Source of the DNA: a virus
Reading direction: 5' to 3' (one strand)
DNA length: 64,000 nucleotides
Virus record (IMG/VR): IMGVR_UViG_3300043570_001741
Location: 1-64,000 of that record
Shown here: piece after piece, positions 29,786-38,307 of the stretch
Layout of the letters: each line of letters begins with the position of its first letter
Position numbering within the stretch: position 1 is the first letter of the stretch
Made by a program: the position numbers and the translations under genes
The notes under the pieces: generated by a model
Told to the model about the DNA's origin: nothing
The model's database searches: none
The model's input: only the letters and a program-made list of their open reading frames with translations

Positions 29786-29848
29786 GCGGAGAGTCCGAGA
29801 CAGCCCGTCCCAACGGGCAGACAGGTTTAACTCCTGTTATCCGCTCCA
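29786..29848 (+). ncRNA. Non-canonical, truncated tRNA-Gly-like RNA (63 nt)
   Basis: Acceptor GCGGAGA/TATCCGC + T + CCA; T-arm ACAGG-TTTAACT-CCTGT; anticodon stem GCCCG/CGGGC with loop TCCCAA; D-arm reduced to GTC-CGA-GAC. Confidence 0.75.
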
Positions 29849-29875
29849 TTCCTAAGTCCCATGCGACTTCCCAAC

Positions 29876-29926
29876 TGTTGTTTTTACGCAACAGGCTCTT
29901 GACAAATCCTCCAGTTTTGATATAAT
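29876..29926 (+). promoter_or_regulatory. Sigma70 promoter with upstream TGTTG-N8-CAACA inverted repeat (CobT-like gene)
   Basis: TGTTG-TTTTTACG-CAACA at 29876-93, TTGACA 29899-904, 16-nt spacer, TGn-TATAAT 29921-26. Confidence 0.7.
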
Positions 29927-29953
29927 GGTTAGATAAATTCAAAAAGGTTTTGC

Positions 29954-32257
29954 ATGACAGCATTTACAGTAGAACAAAAATCTCAGCTTGCCAAGTTGAT
30001 GGCAACTGAGAACCTTACCATTCAACATTCAAAAATCCATACTGCCAAATTTGACCCAACTAAACGGATTCTTTATCTTCCTATGTGGAAAGATATGTCA
30101 AGTTTCATGTATGATTTGCTTGGCGGCCATGAGGTCGGTCATGCTCTTTATACTCCTGCGGATGGTTGGCATGATGTTGTTACCGATAAAAACAGAGGTA
30201 AGAATTATAAAGCTTTCCTTAATGTGATTGAAGATGCTCGCATTGAGAAAAAAGTTATTCGTAAATATCCAGGCCTTAAATCATCATTCCGTAAAGCATA
30301 TGCTGAATTAAGTGACCGTGATTTCTTTGGCATCCAACATCGTGACATTAACCATATGTCATTCATTGACCGATTGAATATCTATACCAAGAGCCAATAC
30401 AGCGAAAACATTAGATTTTCTGTTGAAGAAATGCAAATGATTGGTGAAGTTCAAATGCTTGAAACATGGAATGATGTGCTTCGGGTAACTGAAAAGATTT
30501 ATGGTTATTGTAAGAATGAACAATTTGAATTATCAATTGGTGATGATTTTGAATATGACGCTGAAGGCAATCCCTTAGATGAAGATGATACCAATTCCGA
30601 TTATGATTATGATACTGAATTGGATAATGGTGAATCTGGCGACAGCGAAGATTCGGATGAAACCTCAGATGAAACTACCGATGAAGAAACCGATGGTAAC
30701 TCTGATGGTGAAGGTGACGATTCCGATTCTGATGATGACGGCAACAATGTGAATCGTGATAAAGATTCGCAAATGTCCAATTTCGATTCAGAAGATTTTG
30801 ATCCAGAATGTGTAACTGACGATAACTACCGCAAAAACGAAGTGACATTGCTTGATGAAAAATGCAAGCCTTATGTGTACGCTAATATGCCTACACCTAT
30901 TTTGTCTAAAATTATCACACCTGCAAAACGGGTTCAAGAGTTGTTGACATTAGATTTTGCAAATCAGGTTAAAGATGGTTATATAACAGATGAAAGAATC
31001 AATGGTTTTGTACAAGAATTTCGTAATAGAAATGAACGTTACATTGCATTGCTTGCCAAAGAGTTTGAAATGCGTAAGGCTGCCAAATCATTCAGTAAGG
31101 CAAAGCAATCGGATACTGGTGATGTTGATGTTAACAAACTGGCTTCATACCGTTTTGATGACAATATCTTCCGTAAAATCATGCAAGTGCCAAAAGGCAA
31201 ATCACATGGTTTGATTCTGTTGCTTGATTATTCTGGTTCTATGTCAGATAACATGGCAGGTTCTATTGAACAAATCTTGGTTCTTTCCATGTTCTGCCGT
31301 AAAGTAAACATTCCATTCCATGTTTATGCATTCAGTAATGATTCTTCCACATGGTCAATTGATAATCCCAAGACTACTGCTGTACCACTTAGCGTTCTTG
31401 GAAATCCTATGGAAGTTCGTCAATGTTTTATGTACCAATCTGGTGAATTAAAATTTGAAGCTATTTCATTGCGTGAATATTTAAATTCTAAAATGACAAA
31501 TGCTGAATTTACCAAGGCCTTGCGTAACATGGTATTGTTGAAAAAGTCCTATGAAGGCGGTCGTTATGCTCGTGTTGTGCAAAGACCACATTCTGAAAGA
31601 CTTTCAAATACTCCTTTGACAGAAGCTTTGGTTGCAACACAAGCAATTATGAAAAACTTTAAACGTAGCAACAATTTGGATATTACAAACTTGGTAATTA
31701 TCCATGACGGTGATGCTGACTCCACTAATTGTGTGGCAAATGATGAAGGTGGTTACAATTGGTTTCATCCATTGTATGAGAATGTTATCCTTCAAGATAA
31801 CAAATTAAAATACCAGAAGCTAGTTAAGTCTAACAACTTAAGCAATGAAATGTTTGTTTCGGTTGCTGAGTGGTTTACCGCTACAACCAACTCTAAGATT
31901 TTTGGTTTCTTTATTGTTCCTCCTCATCGTTCAAAGGGCATCATTAGACATTACTACCATAATGAAAATAGATTACCTCTATACACTAAGCGTTCTGATG
32001 CTAACATAGATGCTGAGTTGATTAAACAACTGAAGCGTAAATTGGATACTCAGAAGTTTTTACATTCATTCAATCCTGGTTATGATTCGTTCTTCCTAAT
32101 TTCTGGTGGAAATGATTTAATGACCAATGATGGTGAAATTGAGGTTGATGGTAAACTTACAGCATCTAAGCTCAAGAATGCTTTTATGAAGTTCAATAAA
32201 GGCAAACAGATTAACCGAGTGTTAGTCTCCAAGTTCATTCAAGGCATTGCTGCCTGA
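29954..32257 (+). CDS. CobT-like protein with HExxH metallopeptidase-like, acidic linker and vWA domains
   Basis: HEVGHAL, NVIEDARIE, Asp/Glu-rich linker, LLDYSGSM MIDAS motif. Confidence 0.8.
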   Translation: MTAFTVEQKSQLAKLMATENLTIQHSKIHTAKFDPTKRILYLPMWKDMSSFMYDLLGGHEVGHALYTPADGWHDVVTDKNRGKNYKAFLNVIEDARIEKKVIRKYPGLKSSFRKAYAELSDRDFFGIQHRDINHMSFIDRLNIYTKSQYSENIRFSVEEMQMIGEVQMLETWNDVLRVTEKIYGYCKNEQFELSIGDDFEYDAEGNPLDEDDTNSDYDYDTELDNGESGDSEDSDETSDETTDEETDGNSDGEGDDSDSDDDGNNVNRDKDSQMSNFDSEDFDPECVTDDNYRKNEVTLLDEKCKPYVYANMPTPILSKIITPAKRVQELLTLDFANQVKDGYITDERINGFVQEFRNRNERYIALLAKEFEMRKAAKSFSKAKQSDTGDVDVNKLASYRFDDNIFRKIMQVPKGKSHGLILLLDYSGSMSDNMAGSIEQILVLSMFCRKVNIPFHVYAFSNDSSTWSIDNPKTTAVPLSVLGNPMEVRQCFMYQSGELKFEAISLREYLNSKMTNAEFTKALRNMVLLKKSYEGGRYARVVQRPHSERLSNTPLTEALVATQAIMKNFKRSNNLDITNLVIIHDGDADSTNCVANDEGGYNWFHPLYENVILQDNKLKYQKLVKSNNLSNEMFVSVAEWFTATTNSKIFGFFIVPPHRSKGIIRHYYHNENRLPLYTKRSDANIDAELIKQLKRKLDTQKFLHSFNPGYDSFFLISGGNDLMTNDGEIEVDGKLTASKLKNAFMKFNKGKQINRVLVSKFIQGIAA

Positions 32258-32258
32258 G

Positions 32259-32310
32259 TGTTGTATTAATACAACAGGGTGGTTGACAATACCTCCTGTT
32301 GTGTTATAAT
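32259..32310 (+). promoter_or_regulatory. Sigma70 promoter with upstream perfect palindrome (CobS-like gene)
   Basis: TGTTGTATTAATACAACA at 32259-76, TTGACA 32283-88, 16-nt spacer, TGn-TATAAT 32305-10. Confidence 0.75.
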
Positions 32311-32336
32311 ATACCCTATATTATGAAAGATTTATT

Positions 32337-33503
32337 ATGACAGCTCGTACTGAAATCCGTGAAAAGTTTATGTCCACTCTGCAAGCACTTGGCAAAGCCG
32401 AAGTGACTAAAGCAGAAATCAAATCCATTTGTGCAACTCTTGGCATTTCTGGTGCTCAATGGTTTACCAAAGAAGAATCGAACCGTGTTGGTCGTGGTAA
32501 ATACCTTGTACCTAATCCCGCATTAATATCAATGCAAGCCAATGTTGTGCCTATGAAAAAACCAGTTGAACAATCAAATCATAGAATTGTTAATGTAGTT
32601 ACTGACCTTGATACTACAAACTTAATTCCAACACCATATCGCAATTATGTCCCATTCGGTGACTTTGACGATATTGTTTCAATCGTGAAATCAAATCGAT
32701 TCTTTCCAGTATTCATTACTGGTCATTCAGGTAATGGTAAAACAATGTCTATTGAACAGGCCTGTGCAAAGGCTCGCCGTAAATTCATTTGCGTATCAAT
32801 GACACCTGAAACTGATGAAGGTGATTTGCTTGGTAACTATGTGTTGATTGATGGTAATATGGAATGGCGTGATGGTCCTGTAACAACAGCGGCTCGTCAA
32901 GGCGCTGTGTTATGTATTGATGAAATCGATTATGGTGCTCAGAACCTTTCCTCTTTGCAACGTGTACTTGAAGGCAAACCTTTCATGTTGAAAAAGAAAG
33001 GTGAATTGATTACACCTGCTGAAGGTTTCACCGTGTTTGCTACTGCAAATACTAAAGGTAAAGGTTCAGATGATGGTCGTTACATGTTCACCAATGTTTT
33101 GAACGAAGCGTTCCTTGAGCGTTTCCCCAATACATACGAACAACAATGGCCACCAACTAATATTGAAAAGAAAATCATTAAGAAAGAATTGGTTTCTGTT
33201 GGTCGTGATGATGAAGACTTTGCCGACAAACTGGTAATGTGGGCAGATACCATTCGTAAAACATTCTTGGATGGTGGTTGTGATGAAGTGATTTCCACTC
33301 GCCGTTTGGTACACATTGTGAATACATTTGGTATTCATGGTGATAAAATGAAATCTATTGGCTTGTGCTTAAACCGTTTTGATGATGACACAAAGGCAAG
33401 TTTTGTTGATTTGTATACCAAGATTGATGCAGGTATTAATCCTGATGCGCCACCTGTTATTGTGCCTGAAACCACACAACAATCGGAAGAAATTCCATTC
33501 TAA
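32337..33503 (+). CDS. CobS/MoxR-like AAA+ ATPase
   Basis: GHSGNGKT Walker A, LCIDEID Walker B, TANTKGKG, ISTRRL motifs. Confidence 0.9.
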   Translation: MTARTEIREKFMSTLQALGKAEVTKAEIKSICATLGISGAQWFTKEESNRVGRGKYLVPNPALISMQANVVPMKKPVEQSNHRIVNVVTDLDTTNLIPTPYRNYVPFGDFDDIVSIVKSNRFFPVFITGHSGNGKTMSIEQACAKARRKFICVSMTPETDEGDLLGNYVLIDGNMEWRDGPVTTAARQGAVLCIDEIDYGAQNLSSLQRVLEGKPFMLKKKGELITPAEGFTVFATANTKGKGSDDGRYMFTNVLNEAFLERFPNTYEQQWPPTNIEKKIIKKELVSVGRDDEDFADKLVMWADTIRKTFLDGGCDEVISTRRLVHIVNTFGIHGDKMKSIGLCLNRFDDDTKASFVDLYTKIDAGINPDAPPVIVPETTQQSEEIPF

Positions 33504-33540
33504 TAAATGCGGCAGAGATTATTCTTTGCCGTAAAAAGTG

Positions 33541-33569
33541 TTGACACACTCACTTAAACGTGTTATAAT
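33541..33569 (+). promoter_or_regulatory. Consensus sigma70 promoter
   Basis: TTGACA, 17-nt spacer, TATAAT with extended TG. Confidence 0.8.
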
Positions 33570-33647
33570 ATATCATATTTTGAGAGAATGAATCTCCTCT
33601 CAAATACTTCCCCTCAATTGAGATTCGTTTTTATTATGGAGACTACT

Positions 33648-33920
33648 ATGTCCGCTAAATCTAAAGTCCTCGCCTATCTTTCCAAGACTGGTTCTTACAA
33701 CACATTGACACCTACCAAGATGCAATCTGTTTTCGGTGTTGCAAATCCTTCCGCAACCATCAATGAATTGCGTAACGAAGGCTATGCAATCTACTTGAAC
33801 AGCCGTGTTACACCATCTGGTGACAAGGTTTCGTTCTATCGTTTGGGCACACCAACTAAACGTGTAGTTGCTGCTGGCATCGCCGCAATTCGTTCACAAG
33901 GAACACGTGCTTTTGCCTAA
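33648..33920 (+). CDS. Small winged-helix-like protein
   Basis: GGAG SD before ATG 33648; KVLAYL..LT...FGV.NPSATINELR..GY..Y pattern. Confidence 0.65.
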   Translation: MSAKSKVLAYLSKTGSYNTLTPTKMQSVFGVANPSATINELRNEGYAIYLNSRVTPSGDKVSFYRLGTPTKRVVAAGIAAIRSQGTRAFA

Positions 33921-33940
33921 TTCTTTATAGAATAACACTC

Positions 33941-33976
33941 AGAGGAGGGATATATAATAGTATCCCTCCTCTTTTT
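33941..33976 (+). terminator. Rho-independent terminator
   Basis: AGAGGAGGGATA..TATCCCTCCTCT followed by a T-run. Confidence 0.85.
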
Positions 33977-33993
33977 TATTTTATGGATACATT

Positions 33994-34809
33994 ATGGAAA
34001 TTGAAGTTAAACTTGAAGAACTAAAAAAGGCAAAGTTGTTTATTGCTACACCAATGTATGGTGGCATGTCACACGGCCTTTATGTTAAGTCTTGCTTAGA
34101 CTTACAAACTACAATGGCGAAATACGGAGTTGAAACTAAGTTTTCATTCCTGTTTAATGAATCGCTAATCACTCGAGCTAGAAATTATTTGGTTGACGAA
34201 TTCTTGCGCTCTGGTTTTACACACTTATTGTTTATCGATTCTGATATTCATTACAGTCCGCAAGATGTGTTAGCACTTCTAGCACTTGATAAGGATGTTA
34301 TTGGTGGTCCTTATCCTAAGAAATCTATCAACTGGGGTAATATCGCTTCTGCGGCACGTACACATCCAGGTTTGGAACCTAGAGAGCTTGAGAACCTTGT
34401 TGGCGAATATGTCTTCAACGTTGTTAAAGGCACATCACAATTTACTGTAACAGAACCACTTGAAGTTATGGAAATTGGTACAGGTTTCATGTTGGTTAAG
34501 AGTGAAGTGTTTGAGAAAATGGAAAAACAATATCCAACTATCAAATACAAACCAGACCATGTTGGCCAAGCAAACTTTGATGGCTCACGATACATCCATG
34601 CTTTCTTTGATACAGTAATTGATACCAAAGATAGTATTACAGGCGGTGGTTCTGAACGTTATCTAAGTGAAGACTATATGTTCTGCCAAATGTGGCGCAA
34701 GATGGGTGGTAAAATCTTCTTGTGTCCATGGATGAGAACACAACACATTGGTACATATGCCTTTACTGGTAATATGCCTGCTGTTGCACAGTACACAGGA
34801 AAACTATGA
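33994..34809 (+). CDS. GT-A fold glycosyltransferase-like protein
   Basis: IATPMYGG, ESLITRARN, FIDSDI (DxD), GTGFML, SEDY.FC motifs. Confidence 0.75.
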   Translation: MEIEVKLEELKKAKLFIATPMYGGMSHGLYVKSCLDLQTTMAKYGVETKFSFLFNESLITRARNYLVDEFLRSGFTHLLFIDSDIHYSPQDVLALLALDKDVIGGPYPKKSINWGNIASAARTHPGLEPRELENLVGEYVFNVVKGTSQFTVTEPLEVMEIGTGFMLVKSEVFEKMEKQYPTIKYKPDHVGQANFDGSRYIHAFFDTVIDTKDSITGGGSERYLSEDYMFCQMWRKMGGKIFLCPWMRTQHIGTYAFTGNMPAVAQYTGKL

Positions 34810-35159
34810 CGCCAAGGTTTGATGAAGAAGATACGGATGTAGTAAAAGCTTCTCAAACCGCCACTACTGGTGGTCGCAAATTCGATGGTAACAAGCTAGA
34901 ATACGGCTTGTTACCGCCGAAGGCATTAGAAGCTACTGTTGACGTTCTTACATTTGGTGCCCAAAAGTATGAGCGTGATAATTGGAAAAAAGTACCTGAT
35001 TCAAAACGCAGGTATTTTGATGCCCTACAGAGGCATTTATGGGCTTGGAAAACGGGTGAAATTGAAGATGTTGAATCTGGCAAACATCACCTTGCTCATG
35101 CTATGTGTTGCCTCATGTTTCTATATGAACATGATACAATCCATTCTGTGAATGATTAA
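34806..35159 (+). CDS. dATP/dGTP diphosphohydrolase (DUF5664-like)
   Basis: GRKFD..K, FGAQKY..DNW, A..RH, D.ESG..HLAHA motifs. Confidence 0.85.
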   Translation: MTPRFDEEDTDVVKASQTATTGGRKFDGNKLEYGLLPPKALEATVDVLTFGAQKYERDNWKKVPDSKRRYFDALQRHLWAWKTGEIEDVESGKHHLAHAMCCLMFLYEHDTIHSVND

Positions 35160-35176
35160 TTTTTTTGGAGTATATT

Positions 35177-35863
35177 ATGAAACTATCGAGTGAAACCCTT
35201 TCCGTCTTAAAGAATTTTGGTACTATTAACCAAGGTCTGTTCTTTAAAACTGGTAAAACCCTAAAGACCGTATCGTCACACAAGAACATTCTTGCACAAG
35301 TGACAATCAATGAAGAAGTGCCTACAGATTTTGGTGTTTATGACCTAAACAACTTTTTGTCGGTTGTTTCTTTACACAAAGATGACCCATCATTTGAGTT
35401 TGATGAAAAACATGTTGTAATCGTTGGCAACAAAGGCCGTTCTAAGATTAAGTACCGCTTCTGTGACCCTACAATGATTAACACGCCACCAGAAAAAGAA
35501 CTGACAATGCCTGAGGCTGAAATTACTTTCAACCTAACGTCAGAAGATTTTGATTGGATTCTCCGTGCGGCATCTGTGTTGTCTTCACCACAAATTGCTA
35601 TTGAATCTGATGGTACAGAAGTAAACATTGTGACATTAGACACACAAAATGATTCTGCTCATACTGATGCATTGAAACTTGATACTGTTGGTAATGGTAG
35701 TAAGTATCGTATGATTTTCAAAACAGAAAATGTTAGCAAGATTTTGCCTGGAACATATGATGTATCCATTTCATCAAAAGGCATCTCACATTTCAAAAAC
35801 AAAAATGTAACATTGCAATACTGGATTACTACAGAACAAGGTAGTAAATTCTCCAAAGAATAA
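35177..35863 (+). CDS. gp45: Sliding clamp
   Basis: MKLSSETL.VLKNF..IN, FGVYDLNNFL motifs. Confidence 0.95.
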   Translation: MKLSSETLSVLKNFGTINQGLFFKTGKTLKTVSSHKNILAQVTINEEVPTDFGVYDLNNFLSVVSLHKDDPSFEFDEKHVVIVGNKGRSKIKYRFCDPTMINTPPEKELTMPEAEITFNLTSEDFDWILRAASVLSSPQIAIESDGTEVNIVTLDTQNDSAHTDALKLDTVGNGSKYRMIFKTENVSKILPGTYDVSISSKGISHFKNKNVTLQYWITTEQGSKFSKE

Positions 35864-35902
35864 TTGTTCTTTTTTTTATTATGATTTATGTGAAAGGTTC
35901 CT

Positions 35903-36835
35903 ATGGAACATCTATTGTGGACAGAGAAGTATCGGCCTCAAACAATCGAGGATTGTATTCTACCAGAAAGGTTGAAAAAACCATTCCAAGAATACGTGAA
36001 TCAGAAAAACATTCCCAATCTTCTGCTGGCTGGTGGGGCAGGAGTAGGGAAGACAACAGTAGCGAAAGCCATGTGCAACGAAATCGGTTGCGACTACATG
36101 GTAATCAATGGTTCTGACGAATCAGGTATTGACACATTCAGAACCAAGATTAAGAATTATGCCTCGTCAATGAGTTTAACTGGTGGCCGCAAGGTCATCA
36201 TCATTGACGAAGCTGATTATTTGAATCCTAATTCTACACAACCAGCCTTACGTAATGCTATTGAAGAATTTGCAAGCAATTGTTCATTCATTTTCACATG
36301 TAATTACAAGAATCGTATCATTGAACCATTGCATTCACGTTGTGCAGTTATTGAATTCTCGTTGAAGAATGGTGAGAAAGCCAAGATGGCCTCTGCGTTC
36401 TTTAAGAGAGTTCAGAATGTTTTGCAAAGTGAAAATGTTGAGTATGAAGACAAGGTTATTGCTGAGTTAACAAAGAAACACTTTCCAGATTTTCGCCGTA
36501 TTCTAAATGAGTTACAGCGTTACTCACAGTTTGGTAAAATCGATACAGGCATTCTTGCTCAAATCGGTGATGTTTCTATTGATGAAGTTGTAAAGTTTAT
36601 CCGTGATAAGGACTTTGGTGCTATTCGTAAATGGGTTGCAACCAATGAAGTGGATTCTGGTACATTATTCCGTAAGATTTACGATTCGATGTATGATGTA
36701 ATGAAACCTCAATCTATTCCACAAGCAGTATTGATTCTTGCTGACTACCAGTACAAGTCTGCTTTTGTGGCCGACCATGAGATTAATACAGTTGCTTGCT
36801 TGACAGAAATCATGGTGAATTGTGAGTTTGTATGA
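35903..36835 (+). CDS. gp44: Clamp loader large subunit
   Basis: LWTEKYRP, GAGVGKTT, DEAD, LHSRC motifs. Confidence 0.96.
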   Translation: MEHLLWTEKYRPQTIEDCILPERLKKPFQEYVNQKNIPNLLLAGGAGVGKTTVAKAMCNEIGCDYMVINGSDESGIDTFRTKIKNYASSMSLTGGRKVIIIDEADYLNPNSTQPALRNAIEEFASNCSFIFTCNYKNRIIEPLHSRCAVIEFSLKNGEKAKMASAFFKRVQNVLQSENVEYEDKVIAELTKKHFPDFRRILNELQRYSQFGKIDTGILAQIGDVSIDEVVKFIRDKDFGAIRKWVATNEVDSGTLFRKIYDSMYDVMKPQSIPQAVLILADYQYKSAFVADHEINTVACLTEIMVNCEFV

Positions 36836-37122
36836 TTTTAGATTTATTCAAACCTACAGTAGAATGGATTAAAAATGACTGGTACAGTAATCGTTTTCGT
36901 TTTGGCGTTGAGCTTATTGCTTGGGGTATCAGTATTGGGTGTTCTATTACCATGGCTCTCACAGTCCCGAATCCTCCCCTACTATATCTTTACCCTATTT
37001 GGATTGTCGGCTGTGGTCTCTACGCTTGGGCTGCTTGGACTCGCAAATCTTTTGGCATGTTGGCTAACTACATGCTTTTGGTAACAATTGATTCTGTTGG
37101 ATTGATTAGGATGCTAACATGA
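36832..37122 (+). CDS. Small membrane protein inserted between gp44 and gp62
   Basis: Three hydrophobic segments; ATGA overlaps on both sides. Confidence 0.7.
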   Translation: MILDLFKPTVEWIKNDWYSNRFRFGVELIAWGISIGCSITMALTVPNPPLLYLYPIWIVGCGLYAWAAWTRKSFGMLANYMLLVTIDSVGLIRMLT

Positions 37123-37502
37123 GTCCATTTGATTATGTCAATTCAATCCTACAAAACAAGAAACAGTTAATTGTAGATGAGGCTACAGAAAAGGAATATG
37201 CACCTTTTCTAGTCAATCGCAGTCTTTCCTATCATAAAGACTGTATCATGTATGCAAATGAGATGAACCGGAGGCACTTCCTCGATAAAAAACTACAGAA
37301 TGATTTCCTTCTAAATACGGTAAGGTCACAGAAAAGACCATTTGCTAAGTGGGCTAAAGTTGAAAAAAGTGAAGATTTAGAATGTATAAAGCAAGTCTAT
37401 AATTTCTCCAATTCTAAAGCTCGTGACGCCTTGCGTCTCCTTAGCAAAGAACAAATCCAAGAATTAAAAGAAAAAACCGACACCGGTGGATTAAGGAAAT
37501 GA
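37119..37502 (+). CDS. gp62: Clamp loader small subunit
   Basis: PFDYVNSI, PFLVNRSLS, ANEMN, KRPFAKW motifs. Confidence 0.93.
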   Translation: MSPFDYVNSILQNKKQLIVDEATEKEYAPFLVNRSLSYHKDCIMYANEMNRRHFLDKKLQNDFLLNTVRSQKRPFAKWAKVEKSEDLECIKQVYNFSNSKARDALRLLSKEQIQELKEKTDTGGLRK

Positions 37503-37503
37503 T

Positions 37504-37908
37504 ATGGTTGATTTATCAAAGTTCGTTGAGGTTATTCTTAACGAACAGGATGATTTTTTAAAGGTTCGTGAAACCCTAACAAGAATTGGTGTATCCTCTC
37601 GCAAAGAGAAAGTGTTATACCAATCTTGCCATATTCTGCATAAGCAGGGTAAGTATTATATTGTACACTTTAAAGAATTGTTTGCATTAGACGGAAAACC
37701 ATCTAATATTTCTGAGAATGATATTCAAAGACGTAATGCTATTGCCAATTTATTAGAAGAATGGGGTCTGATTAAAATCTTGAATAAAGAAATTATGACT
37801 GACAACATTGCACCATTACATCAAATTAAAATTATAGCTTTCAAAGAGAAAGACCAATGGGAACTTATTGCTAAGTATAACATTGGTAAGAAAACTCAGG
37901 ATTATTGA
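37504..37908 (+). CDS. regA: Translational repressor
   Basis: DFLKVRETLTRIG, LYQSCHILHKQGKYYIVHFKELF motifs. Confidence 0.96.
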   Translation: MVDLSKFVEVILNEQDDFLKVRETLTRIGVSSRKEKVLYQSCHILHKQGKYYIVHFKELFALDGKPSNISENDIQRRNAIANLLEEWGLIKILNKEIMTDNIAPLHQIKIIAFKEKDQWELIAKYNIGKKTQDY

Positions 37909-37922
37909 TATGGTGATACATT

Positions 37923-38105
37923 ATGAAAACAGAACCAAAAAAAGTACAATTGAAAAACCTCTACACGGGTGATATTGTGTGGACGGATAATTATAATGAT
38001 GTTAACAAAATAAATGAAGTTGAGTTTATACTTGTCTATAAAGAGAGTAACCCACAACGAAAGTATTTTGTTAACCGCTTGGCATTCGAAACGCTAACTA
38101 AATAA
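37923..38105 (+). CDS. Hypothetical protein
   Basis: 60-aa ORF with a GGTGA SD-like site. Confidence 0.55.
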   Translation: MKTEPKKVQLKNLYTGDIVWTDNYNDVNKINEVEFILVYKESNPQRKYFVNRLAFETLTK

Positions 38106-38110
38106 TTAAA

Positions 38111-38283
38111 CCCACTCGGGATGGGACAAGGTGGGAGGTAACCTTGTTAAACACCTTCAACGAACCCACCTTAGGGCCGTTTGATGCTACGGTAACAAGG
38201 CGTCCGTGCAATTGAACTGCCACACGTTAGTTGGTCCAGTATAAAGTAAGCTGGATGATATGCCTTCGGGGTATCAATTTTAT
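38111..38283 (+). ncRNA. Structured RNA with tandem predicted pseudoknots (hsp20 leader or independent ncRNA)
   Basis: GC-richer intergenic region with several hairpins whose loops pair with downstream sequence; ACTAAATA late-promoter-like site just upstream. Confidence 0.6.
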
Positions 38284-38286
38284 CAA

Positions 38287-38301
38287 CTCGCTTAATAGGA
38301 G
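38287..38301 (+). promoter_or_regulatory. ROSE-like SD-sequestering hairpin (RNA thermometer)
   Basis: CTCGCT-TAAT-AGGAG: the U(U/C)GCU motif pairs with the SD of an sHSP gene. Confidence 0.6.
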
Positions 38302-38307
38302 AAAACT

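Noticed and set aside
29786-29848. Canonical decoding tRNA-Gly(CCC)
   Set aside because: The 6-nt anticodon loop, missing D-loop GG and TTT T-loop make normal decoding unlikely; reported as a tRNA-like ncRNA instead.
29954-33503. Cobalamin biosynthesis (cobST)
   Set aside because: This AAA+/vWA pair is common in T4-like phages and no cobN or other cob genes are present; a chaperone-like role is more plausible.
38111-38307. tmRNA
   Set aside because: Pseudoknots are present, but there is no tRNA-Ala-like acceptor, T-arm, CCA end or tag reading frame.
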